Assembly: GCA_964016885.1 (NCBI GenBank) | Contig: OZ024759.1 | Coordinates: 26,412,001 to 26,476,000 of the forward strand | Direction: 5' to 3' | DNA: 64,000 nucleotides | Source: Eledone cirrhosa | Taxonomy: Eukaryota | Shown here: piece after piece, positions 28,024-44,769 of the stretch | Layout: each line of letters begins with the position of its first letter | Numbering within the stretch: position 1 is the first letter of the stretch | Made by a program: the position numbers and the translations under genes | Notes under the pieces: generated by a model | Told to the model about the DNA's origin: nothing | What the model saw: only the letters and a program-made list of their open reading frames with translations | Database searches by the model: none

Positions 28024-28443
28024 TTTATTTTTATAAATGACATTATCGTTCTATCTAGCACCACTTATATCCCTTTGAAGTATATCATTATAAAATTATA
28101 TTGATACAGTGATTATGAATCTCAATGGAATTTCATACAGTCTCTAATGATTCTTTTGAAAGATTCGAATACAACCATCTTTTAGAAATATATGACTTCC
28201 GGGGGAAATATTGAATCAAATACTATTTCAACTGGGAGGAAGGAAGATTTTTTTTTATTTGGTGATGAAGGGGGCTAGCTATCATTACAATATATTAAAG
28301 CATATATCGTTATAATGGTGGCATTGTGTACATTTTGTATTACTGTGACATATTTGAGAAGATTTAACACATGCAGTTCTTTATCTTTCTCATTTTCTCA
28401 CATATCCTTACACATGCATGTGCCACACGAACAAACACATACA

Positions 28444-29205
28444 CATCATCATCCGGCCTCAGCGGAAATCGACTCAAGAATTGATCTCCACATGGGTCTG
28501 TCGTTCATTGCCGTTGCCAAGTCCTGGATTTCAATACCAGAATCTCTGGAGATGATATTGGGATAGGAGAGCTTGCGCCCCCTGTTATTAGTGACTGCTT
28601 GTGGTTTCTAAAGAACTAATAGGGACACATCCTCATAGGTGGCACGATGGCAGTGGTCAGCAAATCTTACTCTCCTTTTACGTACAACGACAGATATGCA
28701 TAGGAGGCCGATATATATCTCTCTCAATGTCAAATGTCGCCAGCTTATGTTCTGCATGCGTTGAAGCAGGCGAGTGTAAGTGCCATCAAGGTGCTTTTGT
28801 TGTTTGGATGAAAGCGCCCATGTTTCACTTCCATATAGCAAGATTTGTTGAATTGTTACTTGGAAGATTCTTATTTTGGTGTGGTTGGAAATATTTGAGC
28901 ACCAAACTCGACCCATCTTGTTGCAAGCTGACCATGCTTGGGTATTTCTGGTGGCGAAATCCTTCTCAGAGTCCAGGATCCAAGATACTTGAAATACTCG
29001 ACTTGCTTAATATTACTACCTTTGATTGCTTTGATGTTGTTGCCTGTACAGTTTGATATATACTCTGTTTTACCGTCGTTGAGATGAAGGCCAACGAGGG
29101 CGGCAGCTTCCTGGAGAGATGTCAAAAGTTGTTGCGCATTTTCTAGGCAATCTACAAAAAGTGCAATGTCATACATACAACCACACATAATGGGAAGTAT
29201 CAAGA
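28444..29205 (-). mobile_element. Degenerate RTE-clade LINE 3' fragment
   Basis: DIALFVDCLENAQQLL..VGLHLNDGKTEYI..VEYFKYLGS; ILLYGSETWAL..LDGTYTRLL; gatgatg tail. Confidence 0.8.
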
Positions 29206-29514
29206 ACTCGAATTTGAACTCTCCTTGCTGTATTGGCCTGTAATATACTTTCTTTTGGTTCTGTTGTGGGCGGAGTGCTAGGAAACTTTCTAAGTGAAAA
29301 GTGCTTTACCATGTCAACTACTAACACACATGCGCACACGTGAGTGTGTGTTCCAATCGTTAAAATATCACTCGCAGATACCTATCTGTGTACACAACTA
29401 TGTACACACATTCTTAGCAATCCACATACGATTATACACATACACGCATACATACATACACACAACGTATATCATATATATATATACACACACACACATA
29501 TACATATATATATT

Positions 29515-29599
<85 letters not shown>

Positions 29600-29977
29600 G
29601 TGTATATATATATTCAGTCACAGAGCTAGAGAAATTGTAGTTAGAATGTTTCGAAAATCTAAAAAACTTTCCCCTCCTCAACGAGAAGATTTGACAAGAT
29701 TGGTTGAAATTACAAGACAAAAGCTCTACAACAACAGCAACAATGACAAAAAGCAACCAAATAACAAATATAAAAAAAATACAAATACAAGAAAAATAGA
29801 TGGAATAAATCGAAAATAGGTATTAAAAAAAATAATAATAATCGAAAGATATACAAAGCCGAGATGTGATAAAAGTTATGGAGCAGATTAAAAGAGATAA
29901 CGTTAGAAATATAATAGATATTGTGGAGGATATAAGATACGATATTGTATTTAGAAGAGATTTTTATTATACAGATA

Positions 29978-30690
29978 ATAATGGTTTCCGATTTAAGCAC
30001 AAGGCCAGCAATTTTGGAGAGGGTAAAGTCGAGTAAATCGGCCCTAGTGCATTACTGGTACTTTATTTTATCGACCCATAATAATTGTTTATACTTTTGG
30101 CACAAGGCCAGCAATTATCCCAGTGTATTACTATCGACCCAGTAAGGATGAAAGGCAAAGTTAACCTCGGCGAGATTTGAACTCAGAACGCAAAGGGCCA
30201 TAACTCTATACCGCAAGCATCGTGACCGACCCTCTACCGATACCGCCAATCCACCGCCATTATAAGGGTTTCTAATTTAGGCACAAGGCCAGCAATTTTT
30301 GAAGAGGCGAAAGCCGATAAAGTCGACCCCAGTTTGTTACTGGTACTTTATTTTATCGACCCCCGTAAGGATGAAAGGCAAATCTAAACTCGGTAGGATA
30401 ATAGTTTTTGATTTAAGTACAAGGCCAGCAATTTAAAGATGAAGGTAAAGTCGATTAAATCGACCCTAGTGCATTACAGGTACTTTATTTTATCGACTCA
30501 TAATAATAACAATCATGATTTCTACTATAGGCACAAGGCCAGAAATTTTTTTTTTTATTTTGGAGGCGGAGAGGAAAGTAGATTAAATTGACCCCTAGTG
30601 TATTACTGGTGTCTTATTTATCGACCCCGTAAGGATGAAAGGCAAAGCTAACCGCGGCGGGATTTAAACTCAGAACGTAAAGGCCCGTAA
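29978..30690 (-). mobile_element. Tandem array of SINE family A copies and fragments
   Basis: At least five ggcacaaggccagcaatt tail motifs. Confidence 0.85.
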
Positions 30691-30741
30691 CATTTGATGC
30701 TGTTTCTAATTCTGTTACCATTCTTACTGTCATTCACCACA

Positions 30742-31200
30742 TTGTGTATATGTGTGTATGTATATGCGTGCGTGTATATATGTGTGTATGTATATATGTG
30801 TATATATATGTGTGCAAGTATATGTGTATATGACTAAATATGTGTGTATTCATGTGTATATATATGTGTGCATGTATATGACTAAATATGTGTGCATGTA
30901 TATGTGTATATGACTAAATATGTGTGTATTCATATGTGTATATATATATGTGTCTATGTATATGTGTATATATGTATATGACTAAATATGTGTGTATTCA
31001 TATGTGTATATATATGTGTCTATGTATATGTGTATATATGTATATGACTAAATATGTGTGTATTCATATATGCATATTGATGTGTGTACATATATGTGCA
31101 TTCGTATATGCATTTGTATGTATGCATATGTGCGAATGTGTGTATGTTTGTGTGTGTTGTGTATGTATATGCGTATATATGCGCTTGTATATGAATATGT
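30742..31200. repeat. (TG/TA) low-complexity repeat with tatgactaaatatgtgtg unit
   Basis: Directly visible in sequence. Confidence 0.8.
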
Positions 31201-31414
31201 CGGTTAATGTGATGAGAGGAGGGTCGTTGATGAATTGTTTGATGTGAATAATTCTAGATTTTGGTGGAATTTCTATATTGTTTTGGTCTAGTATTATTGC
31301 AGCTTAAGTTGATGTTGTTTTGGTGAAAATTGATAAGGATAAGTATTGCTCGAGACATAGCAATTCAAGAGGCGAGGGAGAGATACGTAGTGATATAGAT
31401 AAAGATAGATAGAT

Positions 31415-31985
31415 ATGTTTCTTTTATTTGCCACCAGGGCATCAAAAGTGGGACAAGTACAATGGGGGGAGTTTACAAAACAAGGCGTCCTCAATAAGGA
31501 GGAGGCAATAACAATATATAAAAATAAAATAAAATATAACAAAAAATAAAATTTATAACAAAGTCCTCAATAGAGAGGAGGCGCCTTGGGGGGTCGCACC
31601 CCCCCCCCGAAAAAAGTGTGCAACCCTTCTCCTCAGGAGCACAGAGAAGGGGTGCTCCCTTAGTCTTTCATCTTCCTCACCTATAGTCTGATGTAGAGTG
31701 AAGGCCCATTCACACGGGCCATTCTCGCCACTTTCACCCATCTTTCATAGAAACGGCTGGGGTGCAGCACCTCTCTCTCCATCCTGATCCTTCTTCCGAA
31801 ATGATATCGGAAGAAACGGACCAGTTGTTGGCCAGAGAGAAAGGTGTCTGACCTCAGTCCTTTCAGACGCGTTCACCATACAACCTCTTTCGCCATGGCT
31901 ATTACGCACAAAAACACCGCCTCTCCTTCGTTTTTGAAGAGGGGAGGCGGCTTGATCGTTACAATAGACTCGGTGGTCAACCGAA
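31415..31985 (-). mobile_element. 5'-truncated Tx1/L1-like LINE end between (GATA)n tracts
   Basis: Minus frame reads AVFLCVIAMAKEVVW*TRLKG..LVRFFRYHFGRRIRMERE..FYERWVKVARM, then a 3' UTR with aataaaag. GATA repeats at 31395-31413 and 31987-32007. Confidence 0.55.
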
Positions 31986-32613
31986 AGATAGATAGATAGA
32001 GAGATAGAAATACGTTAGATGCAGGAATGCATAATACATGCACACAAATACACACGCACATGTATACGCATAAATACAGACGTACATACATACATATGTA
32101 GATACATATGTACACACACATACATATAAACACAGGCGTACTTGCATACGCACGTACATGTATACGCACACATACATGCATACTCACGCAAATACAGACG
32201 TACATACATATGTAGATAAATACACACACATATATACACATACATACATATAAATACAGGCGTACTTGCATACGCACACACATACACACACACAAAAATA
32301 CGATATTACCTGTAAACATTCGTGAAAAATCTTATTTTCTGTTGCTTCTACATGTCTTCTAAACATTTTATATGTATTCACCACATATGCCACCGTGAAA
32401 ATTGTTAAAACATTTACCGTAGGTTATATATAATACACACTATATGTAATGCTAGTTTATAACACAATGGCGGCTGATTTTCTTACAACGTCGAGAAACC
32501 GTCTGCTGAATATAAAATTGATAATTTCACTCGAAATATCTTTCTGTTCAATACATCGCAATAAATGTAGATTACAATATCCTTCTGTTCACTTTTTGCA
32601 ACGATGTGTGTGT

Positions 32614-32649
<36 letters not shown>

Positions 32650-32801
32650 GTGTGTAAACATTTATACAAGATAACAAAACAAAAAAAAGTAATTTCTGGA
32701 ATACAATTTTCGCTGGCAGCTAAAATAAACATACTTGTTTATTCAATTATTAAATTTAGATTGTTCCACAGGTAGATTCAGGGTGTCTAAACTGTCGTTC
32801 G

Positions 32802-32904
<103 letters not shown>

Positions 32905-33545
32905 GCTTTCCACACACTATATCGTTGTATAAATATATATATTGTATATGAACATTGTTGAGTTCACTTAATATATACACACACACATATATATATATAT
33001 ATATAGCTTTCCACATACATTATATTATATATTGTATATGAACATTGTTGTGTTCACTTAAATGATAATACTATGTTGAATAACTGAAATATTTTCCTCA
33101 GGATTAGTTCATCTTACCACCTGCTTTATAACAATCCTGAAATATATGGAAACAATGCAGACTTTACGAATCGGAAATGAGAAAGTGCGTATGTTTGTGT
33201 ATTTATGTGTCTGTGTGTCTGTGTCTCCCTGTATGTGTGAGTGCGAGTGAAAACATAGTCGATGCATATAAAATGATAAAATGGTCGTTAAATAATGTGA
33301 ATTGGTGAAGCTGAAGTAATGTAATGAGAAGTCACATTTAAAGAATTCTGGTTATTGTTACTATCAAAAGACAATATGGCGGTGCATCAATTTTAAAAGG
33401 TTTATGGTGATGGGCAATTAGAATCGTTAGAACATTGGACAAAATACTTTGCAGTATAGACTCCTACTCTTTACGTTCTAGTTTCAGATACCACCGAGGT
33501 CAAATTTACCCTTCTAACTTCTAAACAGACTCTTTATATATATAT

Positions 33546-33632
33546 AATTTTCCTATTACCCACTCAACTACCCTAAGTATTGAGTACTCTGGTGCGTTAT
33601 GGTCCATCTGGTTCCTTACCACACCCCCTTCG
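33546..33632 (+). mobile_element. TA-flanked short insert, probable pLTR tail; inverted sister copy at 40211-40323
   Basis: ttttcctattacccactc..tattgagtactctggtgcgttatggtcca matches the reverse complement of 40216-40296. Confidence 0.65.
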
Positions 33633-33714
33633 TATATATATAGAATTAGCCGTCGAAACGGCTTGAGCTCAGCTGTCGGGGTCTTACTGGTTCCTATATA
33701 TATATATATATATA

Positions 33715-34010
33715 TGTGAAGTATTTCTGTAGAAAGGGTAAAGGAAGGGAGAGTACTCTATGTATGCTACAGAGCTATTTAATTATTTAATAAACAACAT
33801 AAAACAATTATTCCATTTACCAAAGGTTTCACGAAGGCAGGCGAGCTCAACAGAGACGTCTGAAATCGCTCACCAGAATGAAAACTTATCTTACATCCAT
33901 ATTAAATTTTCATTCTGATGAGCGATTCCAGACTTCTCTATTGAGCTCGCCTGTCTTCGTGAAACCTTTGGTAAATGGAATAATTTCTTTATGTTGTTTA
34001 TTACATAATT
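33715..34010. mobile_element. Penelope-like inverted pLTR pair (arms ~33781-33884 and ~33907-34010) with unique tail 33715-33780
   Basis: ~104-bp inverted arms with (TA)n on both sides and an HHR core in each arm. Confidence 0.75.
33908..33980 (+). ncRNA. Type I hammerhead ribozyme (predicted cleavage after GUA, 33973)
   Basis: Stem I TTTCATT/AATGGAA, core CTGATGA at 33915-33921, stem II GCGA/TCGT, then GAAAC-C-TTT-G-GT-A. The mirror arm has the core mutation CTGGTGA. Confidence 0.75.
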
Positions 34011-34056
34011 ATATATATATATAAATAATAATAATAATAATAATTATATATATATA

Positions 34057-34285
34057 TATTAAAATAACAGGTTAAATTTTAAGCATAGAATCGCTGCTTT
34101 CACCCTTAACGGGATCTTCTAAAACTGAGTTTCAGAAGATCTCGTTAAGGGTGAAAGCAGCGATTCTTTGCTTAAACTTTAATCTGTTATTTTAATAAAT
34201 ATTTGCTCTGGGGTTCTTATATATTTTATATATATTTATCCCTTTAGAGCTCTCTTTGGATTTTAGCCTTCACATTTATTATTAT
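34057..34285. mobile_element. Near-perfect 70-bp-arm palindrome (34057-34197) plus tail, with a variant HHR-like core
   Basis: Centre aaact-g-agttt. Each arm reads (C/T)AGAAGA-T-CCC gttaa GGG-T-GAAA. Flanked by TA repeats. Confidence 0.6.
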
Positions 34286-34316
34286 TACTATATATATATA
34301 TATATATTTATATATA

Positions 34317-34813
34317 CATTTAGGTTTGTTGGTTCACCACTGGATAGAACTGGTCATTCCGTATAGTCAACCTTGATGTAATATTAGGGAGAGCAGTCGA
34401 CGACGTAATGCAACTCTCCCGTCTTCGTTTGTGTTGTTGGTGGTGCCAGTACGGAGTTAATTATTATAAAATAACAGGTGGCTAGACTGGTGTAATTCCT
34501 TAAAGGTTTATTATACTATGAATATTTCAATGACCGGGTTCAGTATGAATCCGGTGACATCATCAGGTATTCGAAATTTAACAAAGGAATAAATTAGACA
34601 CAATCCATGGGGCTGAAAAAGCAGAGAGACGAGAAGGCGACAAAACAATTAGCAGTTGCCAATCCGGTTGGCCGCCCATTATATTCCTTTGTTAAATTTC
34701 GAATACTTGATAATGTCACTGGATTCATACTGAACCCGGACATTGAAATGTTCATAGTATATATATAAACCTTTAAGTAATTACACAGATCCAGCCTCCT
34801 GTTATTTTATAAT
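34317..34813. mobile_element. Penelope-like inverted pLTR pair (arms ~34462-34591 and ~34683-34813) with tail 34317-34461
   Basis: ~130-bp inverted arms, ~90-bp spacer, TA flanks. Confidence 0.7.
34513..34570 (-). ncRNA. Type I hammerhead ribozyme candidate (AUA site)
   Basis: ATAC-CTGATGA-tgtcaccgg..ccggtcatt-GAAAT attc ATA-GTAT. The mirror arm core has decayed to TTGATAA. Confidence 0.6.
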
Positions 34814-35112
34814 ATATATATATGTAGATAGGTAGGTAGGTTTTGGAAATAATGTAACTCTCTTAAAAATATAGAAATTCGAGAAATTTTCGAAAATTCT
34901 GTAGAAATGAACTAACTCACTCACCCACAGACAGACAGACAGGCAGACAGAAAAACAGAAACAGTAGATATGACGTAAAATTTGCCAAAAAATGCTTCTG
35001 TTTCAAGTATGGAACGCTCTGGAGACCCGCTAATAATGGATGACGTATAACACGCAATAGCAAATATTAAAAAAAACTGATAATTTGGTAAGGCACCCAA
35101 GGGAGAGAGATA

Positions 35113-37232
<2,120 letters not shown>

Positions 37233-37834
37233 GAGAGAGTGAGGGGGAGGGAGAATGTACAGATGTTTCCATTTAAGAGTTGAAACTACCTACACGACAA
37301 TTTGTTCAAATTTTAAATCAAATAAAACATCGACTTGTTTTCATACACAAAAAAAAAAAAATATTTCATAAAGAAAACTAAACAGAAACAAACAAACATA
37401 TTTAATAGAATGATGGTTTTTCTGATTTATAAGAAAAACAACAACAAAAACAGTACTTCGTTTATAACAAGTTGAAGTAAAATACAGAATGCTCTTGCCG
37501 AATTGAATCTTGTTAGATTTCCTGTGAAAACAACAAAAAAAGAACAAGTAAAATATCTGAATGGTTAATAACATATTGGTTATCATGTGAACCAACCCAC
37601 AAAAATAATAATAATCACTCATTACATAGAATAAGAAAGTTTTCTTAAAGTAGATAAAATGAAATGAAGAAATAGTCGTGTGTTTGAGATCTGTTAGTTT
37701 TTTAATTGTTTTCTACAATAGGATAATTGTTTTGCTGACTAACGAAATATTTCTAATTTAAAAATCTAATCGCCAGAATAGAGACAACGATAATAATGAT
37801 TTCTACTATAGATAAAACGCCAAAGTCCAATAAC

Positions 37835-38143
37835 TCGGTGATCAGAGTCACTCCAGGTAGAGCCGCTGCTTCTCCAAATTGAGAGATCACAGCACTGATG
37901 TTATGGGCATGTGGTTAGAATGTCTCAGGAAAGAATCACTGGACTGATTTTACGGTTGAAACCAACAGTTAGGAGACCCAGGGGTAGACCCCGAGCAAGA
38001 TGGTTGGATAACATCTTGGTTAGTCACGCTTGAGATCCAGCCGGATCTGTTGGAGACGGTTGCTTCTGACAGGACTCGCTGGAGGGAGTGTTTGAGGACT
38101 CTGCCCCCACGACCCTCCCAGAATTAAGTGGGCGAAGAAAAGG
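37835..38143 (+). mobile_element. RTE-clade LINE 3' fragment
   Basis: One frame reads YGHVVRMSQERITGLILRLKPTVRRPRGRPRARWLDNI. Confidence 0.7.
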
Positions 38144-38345
38144 AGGTACAAGGCCAACAATTTGGGGAGAGGATAGGGTCTATGAAATCGACCCCCAGTG
38201 CATTACTGGTGCTATATTTTATCGACGCCGTAAGGATGAAAAGCAAATCTAACCTCGGCGGGATTTGAACTCAGACCGCAAAGAGCCATAAATCTATGCT
38301 GCAAAGCGTGGTGTCCGACGCTCTGCTGATTCTGCCAATCCACTG
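38144..38345 (-). mobile_element. SINE family A copy
   Basis: Matches the family A consensus. Confidence 0.8.
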
Positions 38346-38874
38346 AAACCAGTTATTACACTGGGGTAAGGACGATACATGAAGGAACACAACGTCAAAT
38401 AGAAGACGTGACCTTATTGACAACAATACGAAGCAAGACCTAGCTCATCAATGGTTAGTGAAAGAAGGTTTTATGTGTAGAGAGATGGGGGAGAATTGTG
38501 GCATAAATATAGAAGGAAATAGTGAAAGTGGGAGTTCGGCTCCATTGTGTTCGCACCTAGTGTATACGTATATATTTATTTACCATACCACATTAAGACC
38601 CTTAAACAATGTGAGGCAGATTATGCATGAGGAAACAAGGGAAGTTGTAAAACATTTAGAAGTTTATGTTGAATATTTTCCTAGCTTCCATGGACTCAAA
38701 GATGTTAATATTTGGTAGACCTGTAATCATATATTGAACACCCAATCTTGGTTTCAGCATGCCCCCCCCCCCCTCTCTCTCTCTGACTGATAGTTTCTAC
38801 ATTGGAACAGATAGTGCCAAAGAGTTTCTGGAGAGTCACAAGAACATAGAGGTGAATCTCTACGGCCTATTCTT

Positions 38875-39068
38875 AATAATTGTTTCTACTTTTGGCACAA
38901 GGCCAGCAATTACCCTGTGCATTACTGGTACTTAATTTTTATCGACCCCGTAAGGATGAAAGGCAAAGTTAACTTCGAACGCGTTGAACTCAGAACGCAA
39001 AGGGTCATAACTCTATGCTGTAAAGCATGGTGTCTGACGCTCTACCGATACTGCCAATTCACCACCCT
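38875..39068 (-). mobile_element. SINE family A copy
   Basis: Matches the family A consensus. Confidence 0.85.
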
Positions 39069-39282
39069 CAGTCTATTCTTAATAATATCGCCCACTGTGA
39101 ACATTTTATTTAACATTTGTGGTACACTTGGACATCCATCCTCATTTTATCTACAATAAGAACGCTTGATTTTCTTCTTTTGTGTGTGTGTGTGTGTGTG
39201 TGGGTTGGATGCCATGGTAACTAATTTCTGATTAACTATTCAGATAATTTATTTATGTGATTTTTGTTTTTTGTCTTTACAG

Positions 39283-39305
39283 GAAATCTTACAAGTTTCA
39301 ATCAG
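39283..39305 (+). other. Candidate 23-nt micro-exon of an unidentified transcript
   Basis: Strong polypyrimidine tract with tttacag| acceptor and CAG|gtaggt donor in non-repetitive sequence. No homology evidence. Confidence 0.35.
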
Positions 39306-39445
39306 GTAGGTACATTTACTATTTTGCTTCAATCTATTGTAATAACGAAAATACGGTTTTTGTTGCTGTTTGTCTTATAGACCAGGTTAAAAATAAAAAA
39401 GAAGAAAAAAAGTAGAAACAATTATATTAAACATTTATTTATTAA

Positions 39446-39850
39446 GGGCGGTGGATTGGCAGTATCGGTAGAGGGTCGGACGCCATGCTTTGACGTATAG
39501 AGTTACGGTCCTTGCCCTTCTGAGTTCAAATCCCGCCGAGGTTAACTTTGCCTTTCATCCTCACGGGGTCGATGAAATAAAGTACCAGTAATGCACTGGG
39601 TAATTGTTGGCCTTGTGCCAAAAGCAGAAACAATTATATTAAACATTTATTTGCGTTCTGAGTTCAAATAAAATACCAGTAATGCACTGGGGTAATCGCT
39701 GGCCGTGTGCCACAAGAAGAGACTTTATAAAAAGGGCGGGGTTCACTTTGTCGTTCATCCTTACGAGGGTCGATAAAATAAAGTACCAAGAATGCATTGG
39801 ATTATTGCTGGCCTTGTGCCAAAGGTAGACACAATTATATTAAACATTTA
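39446..39850 (+). mobile_element. SINE family A full copy plus two tandem partial copies
   Basis: Matches the consensus; repeated acaattatattaaacattt junction. Confidence 0.85.
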
Positions 39851-40323
39851 TATTCATTAGTTTCAGAAAATAGTGTTGAGGTTGTTTGGTAAACAGTATT
39901 GTCTGTTCGTGCAATTAACTTTCAAGTGGTTGAAAGAATTCCACAAACAGGTGTACCATTAATGCAGGTCTCAGGGAGATTCAACGTGACATGGTTTGTG
40001 ACAAATCTGGTCCTTTGAATCACGGGTATAACACATATTTTTTTATTTGCTCAATGAACTTGAGTTATGGGAAAGTGTCTTACTCGAGATCACAAATCAA
40101 TGCTGAGATTCGAAATCCCAATTGTAATCCGACTGCTCTAAACCTTAAACCATGTGACTTCACATATTTGTGTGTGTATATATATATAGGTATAAGTATA
40201 TAGGTATATAACAAAGAGGGTGTGGTAAGATACCAGGTGGACCATAACGCACCAGAGTACTCAATACCTAGGGTAGTAGAGTGGGTAATAGGAAAAGAGC
40301 AAGGAGCCAGACGTCTGAGCTCC

Positions 40324-41781
<1,458 letters not shown>

Positions 41782-41782
<1 letters not shown>

Positions 41783-42471
41783 ACTCTTTTACTCTTTTAC
41801 CTGTTTCAGCCATCCGGCTGAGGCCATGCTGGGGCACCGCCCTTGTTGCTACACATTTTATCTCCAGCCTGTATAGGTTGGCCACTGGTGTAGGAGGGAG
41901 TTTGTTGCTGCTGCCCTTAGGTTTCCCTCGTGTCTTGCTGTGGGCTCATCCGGGATCCTGGATAACAAGGTGTCGAGATGTTTCTTAAAGACATCCACCT
42001 CCACGTCATGCAAGTCTCGCAGATGCCTCGGCAGCCTGTTGAAGAGTTGAGGGCCCTTGAATCCCAGGCTATTGCAATACCTGCTCCTTATTCTAGATGT
42101 GGAAGACGGGACCTTTGGCACCACACAGTGACGTCCTGTTCGACGGTTGGTCCAGCTCCCAATGCCAAAGTTTGGTGCTAGTCCCTCCAGGATTTTCCAC
42201 ATGTAGATCACTGCGTATCTCTCCCGTCTTCGCTCCAAGGAGTAGAGGTTCAGTTTCTTCAGCCTCTCCCAGTAGCTTGTCTCCCTCATCTTGGCAATCC
42301 TCTTGGTGTAGCTTCGCTGGATTGCCTCAAGCTCCGTGGTTAGTTTGACACTATGGGGTGACCACAGCTGGGAGCAGTAGTCCAGGCGGCTTAGGACAAA
42401 AGTCCTCCACAGTGTCAACATGGTGTCTCGATCTCTTGTAAGGAAAGTCCTCAAGATCCAGCCAGCGAATC
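41782..42471 (-). mobile_element. 5'-truncated CR1-type LINE (RT C-terminus plus 3' tail), second family
   Basis: [53 protein letters not shown] is homologous to the ORF2 end at 20371-21000. Tail ..gaaacaggtaaaagagtaaaagagta. Confidence 0.88.
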
Positions 42472-42477
42472 GTCTAC

Positions 42478-42548
42478 ATGCATATATATATTTATATATA
42501 CATATATTTATATTTATATATATATTTATATTTATATATATATATATT

Positions 42549-42579
<31 letters not shown>

Positions 42580-42596
42580 ATTTATATATATATATT

Positions 42597-42628
<32 letters not shown>

Positions 42629-42646
42629 TATATATATATATATTTT

Positions 42647-42695
<49 letters not shown>

Positions 42696-42820
42696 ATTTA
42701 TATATATATTTATTTATATATATATTTATTTATATATATATATATTTATATATATATTTATTTATATATATATATTTATTTATATATATATATTTATATA
42801 TATATATATTTATATATATT

Positions 42821-42903
<83 letters not shown>

Positions 42904-42982
42904 ATATAATTATATATATATATATAATTATATATATATATATAATTATATATATATATATAATTATATATATATATATAAT

Positions 42983-43031
<49 letters not shown>

Positions 43032-43108
43032 ATATATAATTATATATATATATATTTATATATATATATTTATATTTATATATATATATTTATTTATATA
43101 TATATATT

Positions 43109-43157
<49 letters not shown>

Positions 43158-43192
43158 GTATTTATATATATATATATATTTATATATATATA
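42478..43192. repeat. (TA)n/TTTA microsatellite
   Basis: Directly visible in sequence. Confidence 0.95.
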
Positions 43193-43733
43193 AAGAATAA
43201 AACCACCACCACTATCTATATGTATGTTCCAGCTCCACATTTGAAAAGAGGATATTAGCTCTGATATATCATGCTGTAATACACTGAGGGTAGCATTACA
43301 TTGTTATGGTTTATAAGCATATGTGTCTTTATATGTATATACTTATAGATATATACACATATATATATACATAAATTCATATATATGCGTCTATGTATAT
43401 ATGTGCATGTGGTGAAAACGTCTAATGGAGTAATGTTTAAAATGTTTGTGAAATATTGTATTTTACAAGAAATGTTCGTGTCTAAATGCAATTAAATGAT
43501 TTATTGTATTCAGATAGTTTGGAAGAAAAAAATTACAATGTATATTTAGTTTAAAAAGCAAATAACAAATGCCTTTTCACGCGATTAGCTTATAGTTCTT
43601 GATCAAATATATTTTGTTAGTGATTTCCACATATGTTTATATAATTATTTCTAATTCGTTAAAATCATATTGTCAGCAAGTATTTTATATATTGATGTAG
43701 TTAGTTACCCCATTATGTGTGTGTATATATATA

Positions 43734-43773
<40 letters not shown>

Positions 43774-43832
43774 TCACACCTGAATAATTGTAATGAAAAT
43801 TTGACACCTCGTCTATGCTTATTATTATTTAT

Positions 43833-44179
43833 AGGGCGGTGGATTGGCAGTATCGGTAGAGGGTCGGACGCCATGCTTTCTAGCATAGTTACGTCTCTTT
43901 ACAATCTGAGTTCAAATCCCGCCGTGGTTGACTTTGCCTTTCATCCTTAGGGGGTCGATAAAATAAAGTACCAGTAATGCACTGGGTAATTGCTGAATCT
44001 TGTGCCAAAAGTAGAAACAATTATTATTTATAGTTAGGTCCCTTTACGATCTGAGTTCAAATCCCGCCGAGGTTGACTTTGCCTTTCATCCTTACGGGGT
44101 CGATAAAATAAAGTACCAGTAATGCACTGTGTAATTGCTGGCCTTGTACCTAAAGTAGAAACAATTATTATTTTTATTT

Positions 44180-44210
<31 letters not shown>

Positions 44211-44492
44211 TAAGAAATTGAAAATGTAACAGGAGTTTTTTTAAAGAATAATTATTTACTTTTGATGTTAATAATTGTTTCTATTTTGGCACAAGGCCAG
44301 CAATTACCCAGTGCATTACTGGTACTTTATTTTATCTACCCCGTAAGGATGAAAGGCAAAGTCAACCTCGGCGGGATTTGAACTCAGATCGTAAAGGGAA
44401 ACAAAATCCATATATATATATCCGTAAAGGGACGTAACTATGCTGGAAAGCATGGCGTCCGACCTTCTACTGATACAGCCAATCCCCCGCCC
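43833..44492. mobile_element. SINE family A: two + copies and one - copy in inverted arrangement
   Basis: Consensus matches at 43833-44170 (+) and 44270-44492 (-). Confidence 0.85.
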
Positions 44493-44769
44493 TTTATATT
44501 TATATGTATATACATATAGATATATACACACATATATATATATTATACATAAATTCATATATATATGTGTCTATGTATATTTTGTATGTTAATAATAAAA
44601 GTACCAGTCTAGTACTAGGACCGATTCTTCCTTTGTATATATTTCTGGACGAAATATCCTGTATTGCATCATTACGGCGGTCCTATGACTCAACCAGAAG
44701 TTACGGGACCATACATATTTATCTATAATCTTGCCTTCCCATTTGACACACATCAAGAGGATTTTGTAG

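Noticed and set aside
33649-33664. Small hairpin agccgt-cgaa-acggct
   Set aside because: Too short to assign; no ribozyme core or terminator context.
39446-39540. tRNA gene suggested by A/B-box motifs
   Set aside because: No cloverleaf or acceptor stem; it is the head of a high-copy SINE.
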